From the NCBI GenBank assembly GCA_963705305.1, contig OY970067.1, positions 4,256,001 to 4,320,000 of the forward strand: a DNA stretch of 64,000 bases, written 5' to 3'. This document shows, in pieces, positions 54,537 to 63,629 of the stretch. Position 1 is the stretch's first letter. The number at the start of each line of letters is the position of its first letter. The notes below the pieces were generated by a model. That model had not been told where the DNA came from, did no database searches, and saw only the letters and a program-made list of their open reading frames with translations. Both the position numbers and the translations under genes were made by a program. The DNA comes from an uncultured Methylomirabilota bacterium (GTDB taxonomy: Bacteria; Methylomirabilota; Methylomirabilia; Methylomirabilales; 2-02-FULL-66-22).

Positions 54537-56396
54537 ATGCCGAATCTCTTTGATTCGTGGGACCTGACGCCCACGCCCTTTCCGCCACGGAGTCGCCTGT
54601 ATTCGTTAGGGCCAATGGGTGTGGGGACTCCCATGGTTGAGAGCTTGACCGGTTACCTGATGCGCTTGGCCATGGCGCATTCTGTTGGGGTTGGGGACCT
54701 GCTGCGTGCAGAAGTGCAAGATTGGATGTCTCCAGGGAAGCCTATTGTGCCTACGGCCATATGGAACGGAGTCAACGGGGTGGTTCGCACAACCCGGGAT
54801 CTAGTGCAGACCCTTGAACGTTTGACGCACCGGACGGATCTGGTTTACCTCACATTGCTGCCCCTTGAGTCACTCCTCCCGACTACCCGACTTATACGGA
54901 AGAAGCGGGCGTGGTGCCCGTACTGTTATGAGGAGATGGCCGCCGCCAGCGCGATTGTATATGAGCCACTCCTATGGTGCCTGCAAGCGGTCGAGGTGTG
55001 CCATCGGCATAAGGTCTGGCTGTACACGACGTGCCCCCATTGTTCCCAAATGCTCCCACCGTTGGCGGCGATGGTGAAACCAGGCCATTGTTCGCGATGC
55101 GAGGCGTGGCTTGGGACACACACGTCCCCCCTCGAGGACCCGAGCCACCGGAGAGCCACGGTCGATCAGTGTTGGATGGCAGAGGCTGCAGGAGAGCTGG
55201 TGGCATGTTGCCCTCGGATTGATCCTGCCGTACTGAAAGCCAACCTCCGGACCGCCTTATCAGCGCGTGTGGACAAGCTGGCCGGCGGCAACCGGAATGT
55301 GCTCGCGCAGGCGTTTCAGGGCTCTCGAGTATCCTTCCATGGGTGGGTTGCCGGCACGCAGATGCCTCAGCTCGGCACCCTGCTCCGTCTATTGCGTTAC
55401 CTAGGATTGCCGGTACGTTGTCTGCTCGATCCGCAGCAATTCGTGGGTGAAGCGGGGAATAGGGGCGAGCAAGCGCTTCTGACCCATCGCGCAGTGGTTC
55501 CGCATCGGAGCCCCTCCCAGATCCGCGCTGTCCTGAAGGCTGTGCAGGGGGAGCATCCTGCTCCAAGCCTTTCAGAGGTGGCACAACGTCTCGAATACAC
55601 TTCACCGAGGCGCCTCCGTGCGGTCGATCGTGCAGGTTGTCAGAAGGTCGATGAGAGGCATCGTAACGGATCCAGCGCGGCCCGAGGTAATGATCTACGC
55701 CCCCCATCTGAGATCCAGCAGGCGCTTGAGGATTCTCTGGCGTGCCCGCAGCCAATATCGGTCAACCGAATGGCCTACCTGTTTGGATACTCGAATCCCG
55801 CCTCACTCCATTGTCGGTTTCCGGAGCTGTGCCAGGCGATTGTGGTGAAGCTCGCCACATGGAAGGAAGAAAGACGCAGGGCGATCAGGCGGAGGCTGAA
55901 GGCGGCGGCCAGGGAGAAGCCGCCGCCCACTTTGGAAACGCTCACGAAGGAGTTTGGCCTCCACTCACAAAAGCCGCTCCGAAGGCTCGAGCCGGCGTTA
56001 TGTGACCAAATCATCGCACAGCGCAGGGCGTGGATCAAACGGAAGCGAGCAGAGCTTGCACGACGATTGAAGGCGGTTCTGCGAGAGGAGCCGCCTCCTT
56101 CTGCGACGGCGGTCCGGCAACGCCTCGGCATTTCGCCACGAGCAGTCTGGTACCGCGAAACCTTCAAAGCCATCGCACGGAGATACGCGATCCACAGGAG
56201 GCAACTTAAACAGGCGCGAATGAACACATCTCGCAACGAAATGCGCGAGATCGTGAACCGACTGCACCGCCAAGGTGTCTACCCGTCAAGAGGTCGGGTG
56301 ATGAAGTTGCTGAGCCCACGATGTGTCAAAAGCAAGGCATGGATTCAGAATGCAATCAGGCAGGCTCGGAAGGACATAGAGAGGCGCCAGAAATGA
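54537..56396 (+). CDS. tniQ: TniQ/TnsD-like target selector 1 (619 aa)
   Basis: VESLTGYLMRLAMAH, AWCPYC, EPLLW, CHRH, CPHC, GHCSRC; four repeated C-terminal HTH-like modules. Confidence 0.9.
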   Translation: MPNLFDSWDLTPTPFPPRSRLYSLGPMGVGTPMVESLTGYLMRLAMAHSVGVGDLLRAEVQDWMSPGKPIVPTAIWNGVNGVVRTTRDLVQTLERLTHRTDLVYLTLLPLESLLPTTRLIRKKRAWCPYCYEEMAAASAIVYEPLLWCLQAVEVCHRHKVWLYTTCPHCSQMLPPLAAMVKPGHCSRCEAWLGTHTSPLEDPSHRRATVDQCWMAEAAGELVACCPRIDPAVLKANLRTALSARVDKLAGGNRNVLAQAFQGSRVSFHGWVAGTQMPQLGTLLRLLRYLGLPVRCLLDPQQFVGEAGNRGEQALLTHRAVVPHRSPSQIRAVLKAVQGEHPAPSLSEVAQRLEYTSPRRLRAVDRAGCQKVDERHRNGSSAARGNDLRPPSEIQQALEDSLACPQPISVNRMAYLFGYSNPASLHCRFPELCQAIVVKLATWKEERRRAIRRRLKAAAREKPPPTLETLTKEFGLHSQKPLRRLEPALCDQIIAQRRAWIKRKRAELARRLKAVLREEPPPSATAVRQRLGISPRAVWYRETFKAIARRYAIHRRQLKQARMNTSRNEMREIVNRLHRQGVYPSRGRVMKLLSPRCVKSKAWIQNAIRQARKDIERRQK

Positions 56397-56621
56397 AAGC
56401 CCTCGGAGAGGGGCGGCTCGAAGATCTCTTCATGGATGGGGTTGAGGTGCGGGGCGATGGCGGGCACGAGATTGCGCCAGCTCGTTTTCATTTGCCGGAC
56501 GCTGACTGTCTGGCCATCAGCTCGTATGGCAATCGACGGGAAACGGCAGTCGGTCCGTCCGGCAGGCACATGGACATTGTCTGTCGTGGCCGGGATGCAA
56601 TCAGGCAGGGAGGAGTGGAGG

Positions 56622-58482
56622 ATGCCGAATCTCTTTGATTCGTGGGACCTGACACCCACGCCTCTTCCGCCGCGGAGCCGCCTGTATTCGTTGACGCCAA
56701 TGGGCGTGGGGACTCCCATGGTTGAAAGCTTGACCGGTTACCTGATGCGCTTGGCCATGGCGCATTCTGTTGCGGTGGGCGACCTGCTCCGGACAGAAGT
56801 CAGAGGCTGGGGGTCAGCGAAGCGGCCTACGGGGATACGGAACGCTGTTAACGGGGTGGCTCGCCAAACCCGTAACCTGGTAGACACTGTTCAACACTTG
56901 ACATTCCGGACGGACGTAGCCTGCCTCTCCTTGTTACCCTTTGCGTCATTCCTCCCGAGTACGCGGCTTGTTCGGGGGAGCCGGGCTTGGTGCGGACATT
57001 GTTATGAGGCAATGGTCGCAGACTGCGGCGTCGTCTATGAGCCCCTGCTCTGGTGCCTGCAGGCGGTCGAGGTGTGCGCCCGGCACAAGGTCTGGCTCCG
57101 CACGATCTGTCCAAAGTGCGCTCGGGCGCTCCCGCCATTGGCGACGACTTCAAGCCCTGGCCATTGTTCGCGGTGTGGGGTTTGGCTTGGGGCAACCGCG
57201 TCTTCGCAGGTCGACCCAGGACAACGGGAGCCCACGGCCGATCTGTGTTGGACGGCAGAAGCCGCGGGGGAGTTGCTGGCATGGGGTCCTCGAGTTGACC
57301 CGGCCGGGCTGAGAGCCAATCTTCGAACGGTCCTGTCATCGTGCGTGGAAGAGTTGGCCGGCGGCAACCGTTTCGCGCTCAGTCGGGTACTCCAGTTTCC
57401 CCAGACAACCTTCCATAGTTGGGTTGCTGGCAGACAAATGCCTCAGCTTGGCAGTCTCCTGACGCTATTGCGCCAACTCGACCTGCCGGTCCGCTGCCTG
57501 GTAATGCCCCAGACGTTCCGTGGGTTGCGGGAAGATTCAGTGTGAGCGAGCCTTGGCGAGCGAATTCGGAGTACATGCGTATCGGAGCCAAAGTCAACTC
57601 CGCGATGCGATGCAACCCTTTTTGCTAAAGAATCCAGCTCCAAGCCTTATGGAAGTCGCCCGGGATCTTGGTTACACCTCGCCGGACCGCCTCTATGAGG
57701 CTGATCGTGCGACTTGCGAAAAGATCGTCGCGAGGCGTCGGGAGGAATTTCGCGCTGCACGAGTCTATAGACTGTGTTCCTCGGCCGAGATCCAGCGGGC
57801 GCTCGAGGATTCTCTGGCGGAGGCCCGGCCGATACCGATCAGTCAGGTCGCACGCCTCCTTGGGTATTCATATTGTACCCCGCTCATCAGTCGGTTTCCG
57901 GAACTATGTCGAGCTATTGTGGCGAAGATTGCGGCGTGGAAAAAAGAATTATGCAGGGCGATCCGGAGGAGACTGAAGGCTGCCGCGAGAGAGAAGCCGC
58001 CGCCGCCCCTGAGGGCTCTTGCAAGGGAGTTTGAGCTGCCGACCGCTGATTTGCTCCGGGACCTCGAGCCGGAGCTGTGTCGCCAAATCGTTGCGCGGCG
58101 TTTTGCATGCATAAAGGAAGAGCGGGGAGTGCTTGCTTGCCAATTGGAGAAGGTTCTACTGGAGGATCCGCCTCCTTCCGCGAGCGCGATCCACAAACGG
58201 TTCGGCATTACGCGGTCAGTTGCCATGAAGTGGTATCACAAGACTTTTAGGGCAATTGCGCGCAGACACGCACTTTACAGGAGGCAAGTCAAACAAATGT
58301 GGTTAAACGCGTGCCGGAACGAAATCCGGGAAATCGTGAACCGACTGCACGGTGATGGCGTCTACCCGTCCGATGGACAGGTGCTGAAGTTGCTGAGCCC
58401 ACGGTTTACTAGAACAGACCGAGTGTGGGTCAATAATGAAATCAGCGAAGCTCGGAAGGGCATAGGGCGGCCGCATAAATGA
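56622..58482 (+). pseudogene. tniQ: TniQ/TnsD-like target selector 2, +1 frameshift at 57518-57519
   Basis: Collinear paralog of selector 1; TTC C GTG GGT versus TTC GTG GGT in copy 1; both halves otherwise open, so possibly an assembly error. Confidence 0.85.
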
Positions 58483-59101
58483 GCAGTCTCGAAGTAGGGC
58501 TGATGTAGGATCTCTCAGCGGATGGCGAAAGTCACGAGCTCGCCCCAGTTCGTCTTCAGCTCGCGAACGCCGAGGGTCTGGGCTCCACCCCAATTGGCAA
58601 CGACGAGAAACCGCAGTCCTGCCCCGTCCCCGAGGCAGGACGTCATGACCTGTGGCCGAAATGGGGCGGTGCTAGCTCGCACGGAGGGACTGCCTCAGCA
58701 GAGTAACTAGGCCTCCGAGTAAGCAAGTTGTCTGGGCCGGTGCAATCGGGCCGTGCGGAAATGCGTCAGGGTTGGTCCACTTTCCTCTTTGTGGTCTCCA
58801 CAGATGCCGGGGGATCATCGAAATGTCGCCGAGTCAAGGGCTCGGTCTGTAAATTGGATGAGTTCATCCTTCGCACAGTAGCGGAAAGCCTCCCCGCCGA
58901 CTTATTCTGCAGGCCGTCTTGGTGGATCCTATACGCGGGTAGGTTACCACAACCAAGAATCCTGTCGCCGCTGGATGGCTATGACATCTTGGAACCTGCG
59001 GAAACGTACGAGATCCAAGTGGCACCGGACCGATCCCGATATTCCAGGTTGGTTGGATTGGCCATTTGGCCACTTTATGCCAGAAGTCGCAGTCGCACAC
59101 A

Positions 59102-59174
59102 CCGCCTGTCTGGACCGCTCATCTGGAAGGGCCCACGCCAATGCGACTGAACAGTCCAGCACGCATTCGCTCAT
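59102..59174 (-). pseudogene. vapC: VapC/PIN toxin, 5' part
   Basis: MSECVLDCSVALAWALPDERSRQA; ATGA overlap with the antitoxin stop; joins in frame to DRLLART at 47054. Confidence 0.88.
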
Positions 59175-59425
59175 CGGCGTCGGCCCTGCGCGATTAGCTC
59201 TCGGACATTCACCTTTCCGGGGATCCGTTGTCGAATCTCCCGGAAAGCCTGCAGAGCCTCCCTGGGCGTGAGGCATCGCTCTCCCGCCCCGACGGGTGTC
59301 AAGCGGGCCACGGCCTTGCCTCGACGCTTTATCACAAAGGTGGCTCCTTGCTCGGTCGCGCGCAGCAGCTCCGACAGGCGCGTTTTCGCCTCGAAGGCGC
59401 CGACAGTGATCGTCTTACCCCTCAT
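59171..59425 (-). CDS. Phd/YefM-family antitoxin
   Basis: TVGAFEAKTRLSELL...FVIKRRGKAVARLTP...LIAQGRR. Confidence 0.9.
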   Translation of the reverse strand: MRGKTITVGAFEAKTRLSELLRATEQGATFVIKRRGKAVARLTPVGAGERCLTPREALQAFREIRQRIPGKVNVRELIAQGRRR

Positions 59426-59451
59426 CGGTCTCCTCCACTGGCAGTTGACTG

Positions 59452-59485
59452 AAACTAGTTTAACAAACCGGTCTGTTCTCGTCAA
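59452..59485 (-). promoter_or_regulatory. phd-vapC promoter with palindromic operators
   Basis: TTGACG-17 nt-TAAACT; dyads AAACTAGTTT and ACCGGT. Confidence 0.65.
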
Positions 59486-59489
59486 CGGC

Positions 59490-59605
59490 CCGATTCCAGT
59501 ATGCAGCAGACAGGGGTTAAAAGTCAGTGGTCGGTGGTCGGCGGTCACGTGAGATATGAGTTCTTCAATTTCGAACTTCGAATTTCGCGTTTCGAATTTC
59601 CCGTT
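59490..59605. repeat. Mosaic repeat block
   Basis: attccagtatgcagcag, gtcagtggtcggtggtcggcggtc, aatttcgaacttcgaatttcgcgtttcgaatttc. Confidence 0.75.
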
Positions 59606-59667
59606 TGCCTCTTTCCTCCTGGTCATGATAACTTTCCGACGTTAGACGATCCAATCCGCGACCGGCC

Positions 59668-60159
59668 ATGATCGACCTCTATACTGAATTCAAGACGGCA
59701 CTGCAGGCCCTCGAAGCGGCTGAGGTTCCCTACGCCGTGTGCGGTGGCCTTGCCTTGATGGTGTACCAGCTACCCAGGGCAACCGTTGACATCGATCTGG
59801 TCCTACCGGCCGACGCGACTGATGCTTGCGCTGCGGTGCTGGTGCCGCTCGGCTATCGGCCCCATCCTCGGCGGATGCGCTTCGCATCCAGCGGCGTCCA
59901 GATCCTTCGGTTCTACAAAGTGGAACCGGGGGGGCCGGACGCGCTGACCCTGGACTGCCTCTTGACCACTCACCCGACGATCCTCGAGACGTGGCGCAGC
60001 CGCGTTCGCGTTCCCTTCGAGGACCGGACGATCTGGGTCGTCTCTCTCGAAGGGCTGATCGCATTGAAGCAGCTGAGGGGATCGCCCCTGGACTTGCTCG
60101 ACATCCAGGCCCTGCGAGAGTCCGGCCCGAGAACACACCCGGGAGAAGACGATGCCTGA
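59668..60159 (+). CDS. Nucleotidyltransferase-fold protein
   Basis: YAVCGGLA...PRATVDIDLV; VVSLEGLIALK...DLLDIQAL. Confidence 0.8.
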   Translation: MIDLYTEFKTALQALEAAEVPYAVCGGLALMVYQLPRATVDIDLVLPADATDACAAVLVPLGYRPHPRRMRFASSGVQILRFYKVEPGGPDALTLDCLLTTHPTILETWRSRVRVPFEDRTIWVVSLEGLIALKQLRGSPLDLLDIQALRESGPRTHPGEDDA

Positions 60160-60487
60160 GGCGGATCAGCGACTGCGCCAAGTCGCCCAGCTACGAAGAA
60201 TCTGGCGGGCCCTTCGGGATGCGCAGGAACGACGAGAGGACGAGGAGATTGCGCGCCCCTACTACGAGAAGTTGCCGGGACCCTCTGATGTCCGGGAACC
60301 GCACCCCGCCTATAGCCGCCGTACGATTCGCGCCTTGGTCCGTCGCTGGTGGTGCGCCGGCGACTATGCAGCCATCATCCAACTCGGCCAGGGCCTCGAC
60401 CCCGTCCTCCTGGACGAAGAGCCGCTGGTCCGGGTATATCTCGACGAAGCAACGGCGGCTCTTTCCCTCGACCATCTCCATCCTTAG
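60152..60487 (+). CDS. Hypothetical protein coupled to the nucleotidyltransferase
   Basis: 8-nt overlap with the upstream gene; 111 aa helical. Confidence 0.55.
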   Translation: MPEADQRLRQVAQLRRIWRALRDAQERREDEEIARPYYEKLPGPSDVREPHPAYSRRTIRALVRRWWCAGDYAAIIQLGQGLDPVLLDEEPLVRVYLDEATAALSLDHLHP

Positions 60488-60533
60488 TGCTTAGCGGCCT
60501 AAATTCCACGACGTATCCATTGACCGCTTAACC

Positions 60534-60778
60534 TCCCGGTCCCCTGGGCCGACCCGAGACGCCGCGCCACACCCATCCTCCGGATGGGTACCCGGCGAGC
60601 CGGTCCGGCGGGCACCCGTTGCGCTCTCCCCATGCAACGGGTCGGGCCACCGTTCTGTGGTGGCCGACCCCGGGTACCCGGCCGGGTAGGCTGGGTGCAG
60701 GGCGAGCCGGCATCGGGTACCCGCCCGCAGGGTGGGTGCAGGCGCCAAGCGTCCGAGGGGCGGCCCGGGGGACCGGGA
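60534..60778 (+). repeat. GC-rich palindromic element with three GGGTACCC hairpin modules
   Basis: Closing stem TCCCGGTCCCCTGGGCCG / CGGCCCGGGGGACCGGGA followed by acccgag as in 34515 and 45625. Confidence 0.6.
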
Positions 60779-60884
60779 TACGTCGCCGCAATTACGGCCA
60801 GGAGTACTTAGGTCCTCTGCCGGAAAAACTAAACGGCACGTCGATCCCTCGGCCCGGCGCCGTTGTGCGGCGAACGACCTCAAT

Positions 60885-61272
60885 CTCTCACGCCGAAATC
60901 GCCGTCGGATGAAACAGTGAACCGGGCTATCGGTGTCCGTTCTCTCTCCGGGACTCCGTTTCCCCGATACTCCGTTTCTCCGTCTCTCCGTTTCTCCGTC
61001 TCTCCGGTTCGCCCCCTCACCCTCTCTCCTTGTCGCCCGCTCTCCCCTTCGCCCCTTCGTTCCGCCCTGCGCCCTTTGGGTGCTTTGCGTGAGGCGCCTG
61101 TTCTTGCCTTCTCGTACGCTCGTACGGTCTTGCACTTTCGCCTCAGCACCCCTGCACTCGAGCGCAGCGGTGCTCCCCCTCCCTCCGGGGTGGAGCCCCT
61201 ACGGGGTGGAACCCGGGCCGTAGGCTTGACTCCTGCCCCCTTGCCCTCTGCCCTATGCGCCATGCTCTTTGC
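60885..61272. repeat. Mosaic repeat block
   Basis: ctccgttt/ctccgtct octamers, cgcccc(t) octamers, ctttgcgtgag, palindromic unit 61177-61225, ctatgcgccatgctctttgc. Confidence 0.8.
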
Positions 61273-61273
61273 G

Positions 61274-62083
61274 CTACTCGAGTACCTTCTTCTTCCTTTC
61301 GTTCTGCACGCATTCGAGCTGCGAGACTTGGCTATACCCGTTGAACTTCAGCGAGGCCCGCACCCGCCGCAGCAACTCCGCCCGATCCACGCTCCCCTTC
61401 GCGTCCCGCAGGTGTTTGCAGAAGTAGTACGAGAAAGCCCCGTTGAAGCTGCGGTTGATGTACGCGTCCGCTGACGTTCGGTTGTCCCGGCAGCCGGCAA
61501 ACAGCACGTGATTCATCGGGTTGGTGCCTCGAAGCAGCTTCGTCACCTCCATGTCATCATCCGCCCGGCACGCAATGTCCACAGGCGGTGGGAGAAACCG
61601 GGGCTTGAACGAGAGCTCCTGCGGAAGCCCGGCGATGACCGTCAGCTCACGCGTGCCCGTCCCCGAATGGCAGGCGTCCAGCAAGATCTCCAGGTTCACC
61701 CCCTTGGGCAGCGACCCGAAGGCCTGGCGCAGCTCGTCATCCACGATGTAGGTCCCGTATCAGTCCATGTCGTGCGGGCACAGGATCTCGTCCATCTTGT
61801 CCTTCGGCTCGTCCCCGTCCTGGTCCACGATCTGCGAGCCATGGCCCGAGAAATGGAACAAGAGCCTGTCCCCTGCCTTGGCCTTGGCCGTCAGCCAGCC
61901 GATCTTGGCCATGATGTTCTTCTTGGTGGCCCGGCCGTCCGTGAGAACCTGGATTTCCGTGGCGATGAAGCCGAAGTACTTGAGCAAAATGTCCCGCACG
62001 TTCGTCACATCGTTGACGCACCCGTTGAGATCCGCCCCCTCCATCTTGTACTTGTTCACCCCGACCAGCACCGCCTTGTTCAT
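61274..62083 (-). pseudogene. Caspase-family (peptidase C14) protein with in-frame TGA at 61760-61762
   Basis: KAVLVGVNKY, LNGCVNDV, FHFSGHGSQ, then HDMD*YGTYIVDDEL, LLDACHSGT, GAFSYY in the same frame. Confidence 0.88.
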
Positions 62084-62094
62084 TCCCTCCTCCT

Positions 62095-62350
62095 TTCCTT
62101 TGCCCTTGCCCTTTCCTCTTGGCTCCATGCCCTATGGTCTTCGCCTCTGCGCTTTTCCCCGACTCTCCGTCTCCCCGGTTCCCCGTCACTCCGTTTCTCC
62201 GGCTCTCCGATTCGCCCCCTCGCCCCCTCTCCTTGTCTCTCCCTCGCTCGTGCTCCTCCCTCCGCACCGCAGGCTGACCCCTGACCCCTGACCTCTGACT
62301 ACTAATCTTTGCTCCATGCCCTTGGCCCCTTGCCCCATGCCTCTTGCCTC
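62095..62350. repeat. Mosaic repeat block
   Basis: ctccgttt-type octamers, ctgacccctgacccctgacctctgactact, tgccccatgc units. Confidence 0.78.
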
Positions 62351-62651
62351 TTTATCTTTTCTTTACACTATCTGAAATACCACATTCCTCACGCCCCGTC
62401 CAGCCGCACGGGGAGCCGTTCCATTCCGGACCATGTGCACCATCACAGGATGAAATCAGCTCAACTGGGTCCGATGCCAGGACGGGGATAGCTTTGATCA
62501 GGTGAGGGGATAGGGAAGGAAACTAAGAGGGGTGGGTCGATCCGATCTCGGCAGGTGCCCTGACCGCGCATTCGGCGGGATGGCAAGGCGGTATCGGAAT
62601 CAGGAGGGGCCGCGCTTGGCGCTCTGCTCTATGCTCTTCGCCCTGTGCGCC

Positions 62652-62813
62652 TCAACGCGAGCCGATCAGGTCCAGGATCCTGCGGGTCACGGCCTCTTCG
62701 AGCAGCACTTCGTCCGTCAGCAGATCCACGAGGACCGGTACCTGCTCCACAATGGTCACTTTCCCGCGGACGGTGAGGGAGATCGTTCGAACATCGCACC
62801 GCAGCTCGCTCAT
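62652..62813 (-). CDS. Small YgiT/MqsA zinc-finger-like protein lacking the Cys pairs (53 aa; not in the ORF track)
   Basis: AAGGAGG RBS; MSELRCDVRTISLTVRGKVTIVEQVPVLVDLLTDEVLLEEAVTRRILDLIGSR. Confidence 0.5.
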   Translation of the reverse strand: MSELRCDVRTISLTVRGKVTIVEQVPVLVDLLTDEVLLEEAVTRRILDLIGSR

Positions 62814-63003
62814 CTCCGCGGCCTCCTTCCACGAAAATCTGCGCTCCAGCGTTCCGGGTGAAGATCTGGCCGGTAGGTTGTCACCAACTTCACTCGCTCA
62901 CGAACAATCCCGAACGCCATATGCCATGGTCGCCCCCCGTTTCTCGCTTTCGCCGACTCTCCGGCTCTCCGCACCAAAACACGGAACCCAGCGCGCCGGT
63001 CCC

Positions 63004-63252
63004 CTATTCCTGTGTGTAGAATTCTCTTCGAAGATCATCCTGGGGAACGAAACGGCTCGCCTGCCGAATGATCGCCTAGAGGGTGCCCACATCCAATTCT
63101 CTGTGCTGCGGGAGAGTCAATGTCTGCACGCTCCCCGAAGGTGCCACTCGTCTCAGCTTTACGTGACTCCCTCGTTGAGCGTGGACCCGAAAGCCAAACC
63201 GGGCGAGAATGGTGATCACGTCGTCGCCGGACAGCCGTCTAAGCTTGGGCAC
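63004..63252 (-). pseudogene. hicA: HicA toxin with premature TAG at 63076-63078
   Basis: MPKLRRLSGDDVITILARFGF...QRGSHVKL...LPQHRELDVGTL*AIIRQAS. Confidence 0.85.
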
Positions 63253-63475
63253 CGGCCGGCTCCAGCTCCATGGTCACCAAGATCGTGGGGTGCGGGACGA
63301 GGCCGAAGTCAGCGGCGTTTTCCCCTTCGAGGTGGAGGGCGACGGCCTCCTGCAGGTTTGCAAGGGTTTCGTCTACCGTCCTTCCCTGGGTTACGACAGC
63401 CAGCTCCATGCATTCGGCGACATACCAGTCGTCGCCCCGGCGAAGCAAGGCCTTCACGGTGTGCTGCAGCGTCAT
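63239..63475 (-). CDS. hicB: HicB antitoxin (short form)
   Basis: WYVAEC.EL.VVTQGRTVDETLANLQEAVALHLE. Confidence 0.88.
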   Translation of the reverse strand: MTLQHTVKALLRRGDDWYVAECMELAVVTQGRTVDETLANLQEAVALHLEGENAADFGLVPHPTILVTMELEPAGAQA

Positions 63476-63629
63476 AGCTTTCTCCGCTCTCCTCTCAAGT
63501 GCTCTTGCCGTGCCCCCGCTCGCGACCGACCAACGGAACTGTCATCGCTTCTTACGCGTGCCATCGGAGTCTTCAGCATTATAAGCCATCCCGGCCCAGT
63601 CGCAAGGTTCTTCCTCCAGCCGCTCCTCT

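Larger units (their letters stand above)
47055..59101 (+). mobile_element. Tn7-like transposon (TnsAB fusion, TnsC, two TniQ/TnsD), about 12 kb, inserted in vapC
   Basis: Boundaries set by the split vapC; imperfect IR TGCGACTTC-N9-GTGGCCAA at 47055-47080 and 59066-59091; repeated GGCATAA(A/C)G(T/C)GGCCA-like motifs at 47088, 47165, 47195 and inverted at 59067; right side ends ...CACA. Confidence 0.88.

Noticed and set aside
58490..59060. Cargo gene or RNA between tniQ2 and the right end
   Set aside because: Only short ORFs without RBS or motifs; possibly a decayed fragment, not supportable.
47055..59101. CRISPR-associated transposon (CAST)
   Set aside because: No cas5/6/7/8/10/12-like ORF and no repeat-spacer array visible inside or near the element.
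61760..61762. Selenocysteine recoding of the caspase TGA
   Set aside because: The catalytic Cys is a normal codon in DACHSG; the TGA falls where I expect Trp, and I see no convincing SECIS.
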